Below are positions 42,531-52,507 of a stretch of 59,805 bases of DNA, piece by piece; positions within the stretch are counted from its first letter, which is position 1, and each line of letters starts with the position of its first letter. The position numbers and the translations under genes were made by a program. Location: NCBI GenBank assembly GCA_964517355.1, contig CAZFCK010000001.1, positions 1-59,805 on the forward strand, given 5' to 3'. Source of the stretch: an uncultured Desulfovibrionaceae bacterium. GTDB lineage: Bacteria > Desulfobacterota > Desulfovibrionia > Desulfovibrionales > Desulfovibrionaceae. Under the pieces are notes generated by a model, which saw only the letters and a program-made list of their open reading frames with translations, ran no database searches and was not told the origin of the DNA.

Positions 42531-44318
42531 TCATAAGGAATAGCTATATAGTGGCGGTTCTATGGGGCGGTTCGGTGATGAAAAAAACTTGGTATATTCC
42601 CTGCTGACCAGCTTGCCTTTGTCATCCATGACGATTCTACCTTGATGCAGCCAGATGGCTCTTGTGCATAAGGTGGTGATAATATCGGGCTGGTGCGAGA
42701 TGACCAGCAACGTACTTGAAGAACGCATCATGCTGCGTATCTTGCCCCTGGCTTTTTGCCTGAATGAAATGTCTCCGGTCGTCATCACCTCGTCCAAAAT
42801 GAGTATGTCGGGCTGAATCGTCATCGCGATTGAGAAGGTTAAGCGGGACTTCATTCCTGAAGAGTAGGTCCTGACGGGTTTGTCGATGAATTCGCCGAGT
42901 TCGGAAAATTCTATGATTTCCTGCTCATGCTCCTTGATGTACGACCAGGAGAGTCCGAGATAAATTCCGTTGATATAAATATTGTCTCTTCCAGTGAGAT
43001 TGGGTTTGAATCCCGTACCCAATGAAAGCAGGTCTGACTTGCCCGTTATTTCCGCAAACCCCCAATCGGGAATGAGGGATTGGGATACCACACGGGCGAG
43101 TGTGCTTTTGCCTGATCCGTTTTTCCCCAGTATTCCAACCCGTTCTCCGGGTTTTATATGGATGGTGATATCCTTGAGCGCCCAAAACCGGGCTGCGGCA
43201 TGTGGAGAGGATTTTCCTAGAAACGTTTTGGAGGAGTAATAGCTTAACCGGACATTTTCAAGATGGATGGAACCGACTTGCGGACCGGCAGGGTTCAGGT
43301 TGTCGTTTCCGTGAGGGGAATTGCTGCTGTATGTATGGAAAAACTTGTTGTTCGGCGGGAGATGTTGTTGCCAATGATTTGGGACTTGAGTGAAATTTCC
43401 CACCCCCGTGAACTGATGGGCGGTGCGTGGGAAAAACAACCTGCGAATAAAGGATTTTTTATCGGAATCAAAAAGCAGCAAGTGGGGCGGGACTTGCCTG
43501 GGCTGTATTTTCTCAAAATGTTGCGCCGAACAATATAGTATGTTGTTGTGAGCGGATATTGCGTTGATTTCATAACAACTCTTTGACCACCATGGAAAAA
43601 GGGCCGGTAACGTAAACTCTTTATCATCGCGGTCAATTTTATCAGCCTGTATATTGTGCAGCTTCAATTTTAATTTGTTGTCCTTTGTGTCATCGAAATA
43701 ATATACTGTGTTTTTGCCAGCGAAATATGGTAATTGTGGTGATATTCCATCAGTGATTGATGATTTGCTCGTAAGATTGGCTAACGTTGTTTTTCCATTT
43801 TCCATGTTTGTCACTAAAGCAATTATATCGCCTTTTGTGTTTTTGGAGATGGAACCGATACGGTAGCTGTTGTCCTCTTGCTCTTGTGAGATAAGCAACT
43901 CCCGGGCAATTGCTCCAACCGTGATTCTTTGCTTTTCAACCAGGGCGTTATCGAAAATATAAAGTTCTTCCCCGGTGGAGGGGGCGAAGTAGACCAAGGC
44001 CCGTCTACTATCGATTGCGAGTTTCGGAGTATACCTACCTACGGGAATATCGAGGTTTATCTGCTTACTGATATAAAATTTAGAATCGCTTTTGTTGAAC
44101 GGACAGATATATATTGTATTGTCTTTTGCACAGTATATCGCATCATTTAAAATATCGATGGCTACAGGAGAGGTCAGTTCTTCCAGTGAATAGAATGCAG
44201 TGATTGAATCCCAAAGTTCAAGCTGCAGATCAAAAATACCTATTCCCCAAGTCTGGTTCCAAAAAGAGTACAGACTGATAATTATCTTATTCGATTGTTT
44301 GGTTTTTCGAAGTTTCAT
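42531..44318 (-). CDS. wzt: Wzt/TagH-type polysaccharide-export ABC ATPase with an extra, roughly 345-aa N-terminal domain
   Basis: The NBD is at the C-terminus: Walker A GKNGSGKST, signature YSSGMKSRL, Walker B ILILDEV, H-loop ISHQ. Residues 1-345 have no recognised family; the repetitive beta-strand-like pattern may indicate a propeller. Confidence 0.8.
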   Translation of the reverse strand: MKLRKTKQSNKIIISLYSFWNQTWGIGIFDLQLELWDSITAFYSLEELTSPVAIDILNDAIYCAKDNTIYICPFNKSDSKFYISKQINLDIPVGRYTPKLAIDSRRALVYFAPSTGEELYIFDNALVEKQRITVGAIARELLISQEQEDNSYRIGSISKNTKGDIIALVTNMENGKTTLANLTSKSSITDGISPQLPYFAGKNTVYYFDDTKDNKLKLKLHNIQADKIDRDDKEFTLPALFPWWSKSCYEINAISAHNNILYCSAQHFEKIQPRQVPPHLLLFDSDKKSFIRRLFFPRTAHQFTGVGNFTQVPNHWQQHLPPNNKFFHTYSSNSPHGNDNLNPAGPQVGSIHLENVRLSYYSSKTFLGKSSPHAAARFWALKDITIHIKPGERVGILGKNGSGKSTLARVVSQSLIPDWGFAEITGKSDLLSLGTGFKPNLTGRDNIYINGIYLGLSWSYIKEHEQEIIEFSELGEFIDKPVRTYSSGMKSRLTFSIAMTIQPDILILDEVMTTGDISFRQKARGKIRSMMRSSSTLLVISHQPDIITTLCTRAIWLHQGRIVMDDKGKLVSREYTKFFSSPNRPIEPPLYSYSL

Positions 44319-44459
44319 AAGTAAGTTGCGGTTACTGAGAACAAAAAGCTGAAAGCGTTTTGTTGCTCGATGTTACAGGATGCCCACACAATATTGAGTA
44401 TCGCCCCCACATCACCAGATGAAGATTCTATGTATTTTTTGACCGGAATAAACTGTTAA

Positions 44460-47400
44460 TCATAAAATTTCAGAATAAATATTGGCTAGCCTCATGAGAC
44501 TAAACCGACTGATTGCCTCCTGCTGACATGATGCCGCAATGGGGCGGAAGATTTCCACCTTTTGCAGGGAAAGTATACGCTCAACAGCCTGCTCGATGTT
44601 GGGAGTGATCCAACTGGAGGGGTATATATCGTCCGCCCCTTCCCAAGGAACAATGATCGGAACGCCTCCCGCGGCGGCACATTCCGCAACAGCCAGATGG
44701 AATGATTCCCGGTCGCTTACGGAGAGCACGAAGCCGATTTTTCTATACCATTCAGGCATATCGTCTCCCCACCCATCAAAAATCACGGAATTTTTCAGCA
44801 GAAGATTGTTTTCGATGCGTGAGTATTGTTCCTGGTAGAACTGACGCTCCTCGCGCCGTTCGTCACTGAACATCCACGGATATTCAAACGGCTGCTTCCC
44901 CTTGACGTGCAAGACATAGCGTGAATCGTGCTGGAGCAGGCCCTCCAGGATATCCAGGGCCTTGTCAATACGTTTCAAATGAGGCGTCATGCCCACCAGG
45001 CCGATGTGAAAGGTATAATCACCAAATTTGGGAAGCATTAAAGCGTTCGTATCCACGCAGTTGGGAATAACTATGCATTTTTCCGGCGGAAGAGCGTATT
45101 CTTGTATCGCTTTTCGCCGCATATGCGGACCGACGAAAATGAACCGGTGCACTTTTGCAGCATCCACATTGTGGAGGTAGTCGAGATACAGTTCCTGGGC
45201 ATGGATGCGTATGAAAAGTTTTTGAAAAGGCAGGATGTTATGCGAATACCACACGGCGTTTCCGAGCCCCCATTCACAAAAGACGACGTCCGCGAGATAG
45301 AGGCTTGTCAGACTGCGTTTTTCATCATGGATGTTGTGCCCCTTCCAATTGTCGTACGAGAGAAAATAATCGCGTTTCTTTAATTCAGGTACCAGGGGCT
45401 TGAAAAATTTCAGGTCGCTGCCCGCCACAAGGATGTGTTTCTGGGATAGGGACAGCCCGGGCACATGTGGAGCGGCTCCAGTGCAATGCGCCAGAGAGAA
45501 CACGCGGCCGTTGTTGCGCTCGCTGCATATTGATTTATGCAACGCCGGAATGTCACGCAATTCCGTTGCGGGCAGCATGCAGGCATCTGTAATGAAGTCG
45601 TCCTGAAGACTGCTCAATAAACCATCGCACTTGCGGGTGGCGGGAGATGCGTCGTAATAACCGAGAATTGACTTGTCATGATAGCGTGTGGTGTGGAGCA
45701 GGTCTTCAGCATAGCTGGCGTGCAGTCCGTCTTTGTGGACGATAAGTACCCAGGATTCTTGCAAGGCGCTTTCCTTGATCGCATCCAGAGACGCGAAGCG
45801 ATGGAGGGCAATGCCCGTATCCGCCCTATTCCGACAGTCGGGAGCGTCATGAGGCACATATATGGCGTATGGCCGTATGGTCTGGTTCGCCACCTCTTGC
45901 AGTTGTGTTTCGGTGGGATTGAGGAGCACAACGCAATAAGGGGGCAATTCTTCCATGGCGACGGCAAAACCCGCCGCACGCAGCATGAACGCGAATCTGT
46001 GCAGGTACAAGTGACTGCGCATGACGCGCCGTACACCTGAGAGGGTCATTGTTCTGCGTAACTGCGGGTCGTTCGTAAGGGTTGAAAAGGTGCTCCCGGC
46101 ATGATCGCTCGTAAGCGGGACAGGAATCGAATCCTCGAACATTTCCTGAACACCGGTACTGGGGCTGCTGACAACCGCGCTGCCGCTGGCCAGAGCTTCG
46201 AAGACTCGCCGGGCGAACATGGTGGGGGAATGCGTCACCGAGTTGCAGTTGATGATGACGGGGTGCGCCTTATAGGCCTCCACCATTTCCGGGTAGGAAA
46301 GACCACCTTGAATAACACTCTCATATTGTTCTGGAAATTTGTAGGGAGAGTCCTCGATCAGATGCTGCCTGTCGTAAATGGTGAGCCCGTACTCAAGGGC
46401 GGCCGCGAGCAGCGTATCCGCGTGCTGTTTTCTATCCGGGAATCTTTCGCCATAATAGGTTCCGGCGAAAGAAATCGTATCGTTCAAGGGGCGGTCTTGC
46501 GGCGGAAGCAGGTTGTGTAAAGAATGCTCGGCAGCGAAAGGCAGCGCGTTTACCGTGGTGAAACGTCGGTTCGGAAGCTCAAGGTATTTGGGAACCGAAT
46601 TCAAATCCGTGGTAAAAATATGATCGAAGAGGGTGGCGGTTGTTTTGAAGCGTTCGAAATGGACCGGATCTTCCTTGTTCCAGAAAATGGTCGGGATCCC
46701 ATGTTTGTTGCAATATGCAAGGAGTTCCTTAAGGTCGGAGAACTCCTCATCGGAATAATAGCCGATTTTGCGATGCCAGGCTTTATCGCACCCTTCCCAG
46801 GCGGATTCCACAATAAGCACGTCAATGGTGTTGGCGGCGAAAACACGTTTCCAGTTGTCCGGAGTCACTGGCAGGGTTTTCAAGGACCCGGAAAAGCAAC
46901 TCATTGAAAACGTATCCAGAATCACAGCGGCCGTAACTTCTTGAATTGTCACGACATCTTTTACTTCTTCCTGGCAATCCGCGTTGCTGCGCAACGCTTT
47001 TTCGTAGGCGGAAGTAATGGGCTCGCCGATATGCGTCCAACTGCGTTCGTTTTCAATGAAGCGGCGGGCGTTTTCGGCCAACGTGTTGCGTAGTTCCGGG
47101 TCCGCAATCAGTCTCCGCAAGGTATCGGCCAGGGACGCCACATTCCCCTGCTGGTAGAGCAGAGCGGTCGTTCCATCCCGAAAAAGGTTTCGGTGCGGGG
47201 AAATGTCCGATGCGACGAGAGTTTTTTGCATGGCCATTGCTTCACACGATTTCAGGGAAGGCACCAGCTCTGTAACGACGGCTGATCTTCGGCTGAGCAC
47301 CATGATGTCGAGCAGGCTGTAATAGTCCTGGATGGAGTCGTGAGGAACCTGGCCGACAAAGCGGCAATGTTCTTCAATAGCCAGGGATGCGGCAAGCTGT

Positions 47401-49412
47401 TGCAGCTCTTGGAGGGCGGCGCCCGCGCCGACAACGACAAACGTGCAGTTGCGCCCCTCTTTTATGAGCAAGGCCAGCGCCTGCAGGACATCTTCGAGGT
47501 TTTCATAATGGGTCACGCTGCCCACATAGCCGGCTACCAGGGAGTCCTCATCGATATTAAGCGCTTGCATCAGGGCCGCATTGCGGGGGCGCGGCTGCAT
47601 TCGAACCGGGTCGGCGCAGTTGGGAGCCAGGGATATCCGATCTTCCGGAACGCCCCATCCCATGAGGTGCTCTTTGAGTTCATCGCTGATCGCAATGACA
47701 TGGTCGGCTTCCATGCAGACTAGGCGTTCCATGTTGTCGCGCAAGGCAAAACGATCGGAATGAATCCAGTCGGGTTCCTGGGCCACCTTGCTGTAGTGCC
47801 AAAGCCCGCGGACTTCATATACAAATGGAATGCCCAACATTCGTGCGGCGCATAAAACGGGGAGGGCGATGGTGTACGACGAAGCGCTGTGGAGCACGCT
47901 GGGATGTTCTTGCATGGCGTAGTGCATGACGATGCGCGAAGCGCTTTCCATGTAGGATTTCATGCCCATGTTGTTTATGTCCGCGCCTGACGCGATACGA
48001 TAATCCACCTCGTCGTACAGTCTGTGGAAACGCCTGACGTTCATATAGGGGCAACGTTTCATATCCCAGGGATAGCCGGGGCGCGTATAGGCGCAGATGT
48101 CCCACTCGGTAGCGTGCAAGGCCTTGGCAACCCCATGGGAGCGAATTGAATAGCCATTGTTGTCGTAGGCGGCGCAGGAATGCAAAACCATCATGGCCTT
48201 GCGAGCTTGCGGGGTGTAAAGCGGATTGGGCTGTCTTTTGGGAATGTCGTAGCCGTTCGTGAACAAGAGATATCTTTCATGCAGTTGTTTAAGGAATTGG
48301 TCGCTGGAAATCTCTTGCGGCTGCAATTTTTTCAATACGGTTGCAGCCGGAGCTGTGATTTGACCTTTTCGGTAAAAATCCGCTTTAATGTCGGCCAGAT
48401 TGATTTTACGGGCAATTTCTTGCGCCTCCGAAGGCAGATTCTTGTTGCGTCGGGAAAATTCGCGAAACAGTTTGAAAATCTCCAGCGGAAGACGCAGACT
48501 GCGTAAACCGGGACGCGGAAGCACAGCGTTTCTCACAGCGGACCCAAGACGGTAGGCGAGAGAATCAACTATTACCGCATGGGCTTCCGTCATGGCTTTA
48601 TAGTTCGTCAGCAGCCTTTCATATGTCTTGTTGCGTTCATTTAACTGCCTTGTGAGTGCGACAACTTGATAGTTGTCCTCTTCAGCTTCGCCATGGCGTG
48701 ACGGAGAAGCCGCTTTTTTTGAAAATTTGATTATCTCCTTGAGCTTGATATTGTAGTCTTGTTCAATGCTTTGTTGCTTAAGTACTAGGTTTTCCAGAAT
48801 AGCGTCGGCATATTTTTCATATGATGCAACAGGCAGGGATTTGTTGTGTTGTCCGCTAGATGCCTTGCATAGTATTGCGGTATCGATGGTTTCCAGGCGA
48901 TCGATCGAAAAGTGCTTGTTCAGCAAGGTGACAAGAGCGAAAAACCCGACAAAGGATTTGCTTTTGGAGGTATCGACGGTATGCCCCACAAGTAGCGTGC
49001 CGTCTGGGTCCAGCAGCGCGGCCACATACTCCAGCAATGCGTCCGGGGAGGGGGTGTAGCCGGCTAGTGCGTCATGCAGGATCACCGTATCGAAGCGCTC
49101 CCCTTTATAGGCATCAGGGAGGGGCGAGTGCTGTAAATGTAATTGAGTGGAATGGCTTGGGTAGGTTTGTTCGAAATAATCGAAACACAGCGCGTCGTTT
49201 TCATCCATTGCGCATGCGTAATAGGCATGGCCGTTGCGGAGAAAATCCAAGGCCCTTACGCCGCACTGGAAGCGTGCGTCAAAGATGCGGCCGCCCTTTG
49301 CCTGGGCGATATACCAATCATTAAGAGCATAGTCCTGAGGCGTTGGAAGCCTTTTCTCGGGTATGGATTGCGATTTGAGAAAGGCAATCAACTTGTCAAA
49401 TTCCGTAACCAT
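44460..49412 (-). CDS. 1650-aa multidomain glycan-synthesis protein: methyltransferase-like N-domain, coiled coil, GT4 domain, CgeB/DUF3880-like GT domain, C-terminal GT1/GT4 domain
   Basis: FDTVILHDALAGYTP..LLDPDGTLLVG (class-I MTase-like, glycine motif degenerate). Coiled coil at about residues 200-290. GT4 module ..YDNNGYSIRSHGVAKAL..TRPGYPWD... CgeB-like ..VLIVESAWEG..IPTIFWNKEDPVHF... C-terminal ..SDRESFHLAVAECAAAGGVPIIV. Confidence 0.8.
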   Translation of the reverse strand: MVTEFDKLIAFLKSQSIPEKRLPTPQDYALNDWYIAQAKGGRIFDARFQCGVRALDFLRNGHAYYACAMDENDALCFDYFEQTYPSHSTQLHLQHSPLPDAYKGERFDTVILHDALAGYTPSPDALLEYVAALLDPDGTLLVGHTVDTSKSKSFVGFFALVTLLNKHFSIDRLETIDTAILCKASSGQHNKSLPVASYEKYADAILENLVLKQQSIEQDYNIKLKEIIKFSKKAASPSRHGEAEEDNYQVVALTRQLNERNKTYERLLTNYKAMTEAHAVIVDSLAYRLGSAVRNAVLPRPGLRSLRLPLEIFKLFREFSRRNKNLPSEAQEIARKINLADIKADFYRKGQITAPAATVLKKLQPQEISSDQFLKQLHERYLLFTNGYDIPKRQPNPLYTPQARKAMMVLHSCAAYDNNGYSIRSHGVAKALHATEWDICAYTRPGYPWDMKRCPYMNVRRFHRLYDEVDYRIASGADINNMGMKSYMESASRIVMHYAMQEHPSVLHSASSYTIALPVLCAARMLGIPFVYEVRGLWHYSKVAQEPDWIHSDRFALRDNMERLVCMEADHVIAISDELKEHLMGWGVPEDRISLAPNCADPVRMQPRPRNAALMQALNIDEDSLVAGYVGSVTHYENLEDVLQALALLIKEGRNCTFVVVGAGAALQELQQLAASLAIEEHCRFVGQVPHDSIQDYYSLLDIMVLSRRSAVVTELVPSLKSCEAMAMQKTLVASDISPHRNLFRDGTTALLYQQGNVASLADTLRRLIADPELRNTLAENARRFIENERSWTHIGEPITSAYEKALRSNADCQEEVKDVVTIQEVTAAVILDTFSMSCFSGSLKTLPVTPDNWKRVFAANTIDVLIVESAWEGCDKAWHRKIGYYSDEEFSDLKELLAYCNKHGIPTIFWNKEDPVHFERFKTTATLFDHIFTTDLNSVPKYLELPNRRFTTVNALPFAAEHSLHNLLPPQDRPLNDTISFAGTYYGERFPDRKQHADTLLAAALEYGLTIYDRQHLIEDSPYKFPEQYESVIQGGLSYPEMVEAYKAHPVIINCNSVTHSPTMFARRVFEALASGSAVVSSPSTGVQEMFEDSIPVPLTSDHAGSTFSTLTNDPQLRRTMTLSGVRRVMRSHLYLHRFAFMLRAAGFAVAMEELPPYCVVLLNPTETQLQEVANQTIRPYAIYVPHDAPDCRNRADTGIALHRFASLDAIKESALQESWVLIVHKDGLHASYAEDLLHTTRYHDKSILGYYDASPATRKCDGLLSSLQDDFITDACMLPATELRDIPALHKSICSERNNGRVFSLAHCTGAAPHVPGLSLSQKHILVAGSDLKFFKPLVPELKKRDYFLSYDNWKGHNIHDEKRSLTSLYLADVVFCEWGLGNAVWYSHNILPFQKLFIRIHAQELYLDYLHNVDAAKVHRFIFVGPHMRRKAIQEYALPPEKCIVIPNCVDTNALMLPKFGDYTFHIGLVGMTPHLKRIDKALDILEGLLQHDSRYVLHVKGKQPFEYPWMFSDERREERQFYQEQYSRIENNLLLKNSVIFDGWGDDMPEWYRKIGFVLSVSDRESFHLAVAECAAAGGVPIIVPWEGADDIYPSSWITPNIEQAVERILSLQKVEIFRPIAASCQQEAISRFSLMRLANIYSEIL

Positions 49413-49717
49413 CTACAAGAACTCCACTATTCTTGAAAATTTATCACGCGACTTTTTGGCGGCCACACGCTCGCGCAACTGCGCCGTTGCCCCCGGAATG
49501 GTCGGCAATGAAACGGACGCGACGAGTTGGTTTTTTGAGTAAGGACACAATGTACAAGTCTTGCGACTTGTGCAATGACCTCGTGAGCACGTCAAGCAGT
49601 GTTTTGTTTTAATTCAATTCGTTTTTTTGGGGAAGGCTATCCGAAACATGCCATGCGCCGGTGTCAACCTGTGGGTAAACAATTTCGCATTGTAAATATT
49701 TATCACGCTATTCTACT

Positions 49718-51244
49718 ATGTTACGTAAAATAAAAGACCGTTGGCTTGCCTGTGCTTGTAATGCAAATACACCGGCATGGCAAAAACTTTTATTGCTGCC
49801 CCCTATTTATGGGGTGCCGTCGTTGCATTTTTTATATTGTCTCAAAAAAGGCGAACTTGGCAATGCACGCAACATACTTTTGCATCACCCTTTTACTGCG
49901 AAAATGAACCGCTTGTACCGCAGGCGGTTGGACGAAATGCTGCAATTCAGTTCTTCCGGTTTTCCGGTGAAACCCTCCACCGCCGTCCGGGCGCCGTACA
50001 ATGGGCGGGTTCTTTTCGCGCTCCATGTTTCGCTGCCACATGATCGCAACGGCTACGCCTTACGCTCGCAGGCTGTTTTGCAGGCCTTGCGAGATGCGGG
50101 AGTGGAGGCGGGCGCCGTGACAAGGCCCGGATATCCGTTGGATCAGCCGCGATTGCGGGGCAAAAGCATGGCTCTTGAGGAAACAGAGCTGGTTGGCGGG
50201 GTGACATACACGCGGGCCTTGTCGTGCGAGCCTTCCATGACCGGCCCGCCTTCCGAATACATCAACCATTATGCCGCACTCCTGATGCAGACCGCTCAAC
50301 GCCGAGGGGCGAGCATACTGCATGCCGGGTCCAACTTCATGGATGGGCTCAGCGCGTGCATGGCTGCGGGAAAAGCCGGACTCTCCAGCATTTATGAAAT
50401 GCGTGGATTATGGCACGAGACACGTGCCTTTCATGATCCAGGATATCACAGGACCGAGGAATACCGTTACTGCGCCCGCATGGAACTTACAGCCGCGCGT
50501 CATGCGGATGCAGTGGTCACGCTTTCCAAGGCCATGCGCGCATATTTGGTGGAGCAGGGCCTGGATACGGAAAAAATCGTGGTCGTGCCGAACGGCGTTG
50601 ATGCCGCGAGGTTCGCCCCACGGCCTCAAGACGGGGCTCTCAAGGCCAAGCTCGGGTTGGAAGAAGGAGTGGTGGTCGCCGGTTTTTTCGGTTCCCTGGA
50701 AGAATATGAGGGGCTACACTTGGCCATCGACGCGGTGGAGAACATATCTGCTCGCGGCGTCCCCATCGCATTGCTCATCATCGGCACGGGGCAGGCTGAG
50801 TCGCGTTTGCGCGCCCATGCGCTGCAAAGCAAGGCAGCCAGACGGGTAATCTTTACGGGGCATGTGCCCTTCGCGGAAATATCGCGCTATTGCTCTTGCC
50901 TTGATTTTTTTGTGCTGCCGCGGTTGGAGCATAGGTTGACGCGGCTGGTGCCTCCCATCAAAATTTTGGAGCCCATGTGCATGGGCAAGGCCGTGATCGT
51001 CTCTGATCTGGAACCGCTTTTGGAATCCGTGCTACCTGATCGTACGGGCATGGTTTGCCGCAGTGGCGATCGTCAGTCCCTTGAGGAAGCGATGCACCTT
51101 CTCGCTTCCAACGCCTCCTTGAGGGAGGCTTTGGGCACAGCCGGCAGGTCCTGGGTGCTTGAACACCGTACATGGCCGCGGCTATGCGAGCGTTACCTTG
51201 ACCTTTACGAACGTTTACCGCGAGTTCCCGCTACACAGTTATGA
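49718..51244 (+). CDS. Glycosyltransferase family 4, 508 aa (start uncertain)
   Basis: ..HDRNGYALRSQAVLQAL..TRPGYPLD.. is paralogous to the GT4 module of the 1650-aa protein. C-terminus ..PPIKILEPMCMGKAVIVSD... Confidence 0.8.
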   Translation: MLRKIKDRWLACACNANTPAWQKLLLLPPIYGVPSLHFLYCLKKGELGNARNILLHHPFTAKMNRLYRRRLDEMLQFSSSGFPVKPSTAVRAPYNGRVLFALHVSLPHDRNGYALRSQAVLQALRDAGVEAGAVTRPGYPLDQPRLRGKSMALEETELVGGVTYTRALSCEPSMTGPPSEYINHYAALLMQTAQRRGASILHAGSNFMDGLSACMAAGKAGLSSIYEMRGLWHETRAFHDPGYHRTEEYRYCARMELTAARHADAVVTLSKAMRAYLVEQGLDTEKIVVVPNGVDAARFAPRPQDGALKAKLGLEEGVVVAGFFGSLEEYEGLHLAIDAVENISARGVPIALLIIGTGQAESRLRAHALQSKAARRVIFTGHVPFAEISRYCSCLDFFVLPRLEHRLTRLVPPIKILEPMCMGKAVIVSDLEPLLESVLPDRTGMVCRSGDRQSLEEAMHLLASNASLREALGTAGRSWVLEHRTWPRLCERYLDLYERLPRVPATQL

Positions 51245-52386
51245 GTAAAACCATTGTATGGGGCGCAAATACCAGCTGGAACTCCTATTTCCAGGTGGGC
51301 GCCAATCATCTGGCGCGTCTTTTCGCCACACAAGGCTGGAAAGTCGCTTTCGTGTCAGGTCCCTTTGCCTGCAGCTCGTTGCTCAATCCCCGAAATTTCA
51401 ACCACGCCATGAGGTTGTTTCGTGACGAAGCCCTATTCCGGGGGCAATGGGCCGGCAATCTCCCGGTGTTCAGCTTTTCGCCCCTGGCCATTGTGCGGCA
51501 TGGAACGCGGATGTTGCCTGAGAGCGATTGGCTCTTGGAAAATTGGCACCGCTTCAGCCTGCCTCGTTTGGAAAGCGTGTTGAAAAGACAGGGATTCGCT
51601 ACCCCGGATCTTCTTGTCATGGACAGCCCGGTACACAATGTCCTAGAACACGTGGTGCGCGCGAAACGGAGCGTGGTGCGCGTTACAGATCGGTTGAGCG
51701 GCTTCGCCAGCGTGACCCCCGCCATGTTGCGCAAGGAAAAGCAGATGGTGGCGAACGCGGATCACGTACTATGCACTTCCCGGGATTTGGCACGGACCTT
51801 GGGGCGCGATGACGTGCTTTATCTCCCCAACGGCGTCTGGTACGACCATTTTCAACCCCAACGCCCCTTGCCGGACGTATTGCGTTCGATTCCCGAACCC
51901 CGCGCCGTCTACCTCGGCGCCATTGATCACTGGTTCGACATGGAGTTGATGCGGCGTTGCGCCAGAGCCCACCCGAATATTTCCTTCATTCTGTGCGGCC
52001 CCTGCGATATAATGCCGGACAAGCCCGGTAATCTTCATCCCATTGGTCTGCTGCCCTATAACGAAGTGCCGGCCCTGCTGCAGCATTGCCGGATCGGATT
52101 GATTCCCTTTGCCGTGGAATCCAACAGGGAGTTGGTTGAAGATATCCATCCCTTGAAGCTTTATGAATATCTGGCCTGCGGACTCCCGGTCGTAGCCATG
52201 CGGTGGCGTGAGCTGGAAGCCATTCAAAGTCCCGCGTTGTTGTGCGGCAGCAGAGAGGAGTTCGTGGAGATGGTGGCGAAGGTTCTTGAAGAGCCGCCTG
52301 ATAGTGCCGCTTACAAGGCGTTCGCTCTCGCCCAGGATTGGGGAGTGCGGCAGGAGACCTTGAAAAGACATGTGGGATTGGCTTGA
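51241..52386 (+). CDS. Glycosyltransferase (GT-B fold, group 1-like)
   Basis: ATGA start/stop overlap with the upstream gene. ..VYLGAIDHWFD..LLPYNEVPALL..HPLKLYEYLACGLPVVA. Confidence 0.7.
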   Translation: MSKTIVWGANTSWNSYFQVGANHLARLFATQGWKVAFVSGPFACSSLLNPRNFNHAMRLFRDEALFRGQWAGNLPVFSFSPLAIVRHGTRMLPESDWLLENWHRFSLPRLESVLKRQGFATPDLLVMDSPVHNVLEHVVRAKRSVVRVTDRLSGFASVTPAMLRKEKQMVANADHVLCTSRDLARTLGRDDVLYLPNGVWYDHFQPQRPLPDVLRSIPEPRAVYLGAIDHWFDMELMRRCARAHPNISFILCGPCDIMPDKPGNLHPIGLLPYNEVPALLQHCRIGLIPFAVESNRELVEDIHPLKLYEYLACGLPVVAMRWRELEAIQSPALLCGSREEFVEMVAKVLEEPPDSAAYKAFALAQDWGVRQETLKRHVGLA

Positions 52387-52507
52387 GATCTCTTGGCTTT
52401 ACCTGCGTAATCTGTCACAATGGAAAGGTTCTGATGACAACATCTTCATCTTCGCGGTAGTGGCGTCGTATGAACGCAATAGATAACCCTCAGGTCTATC
52501 TCTCTCG

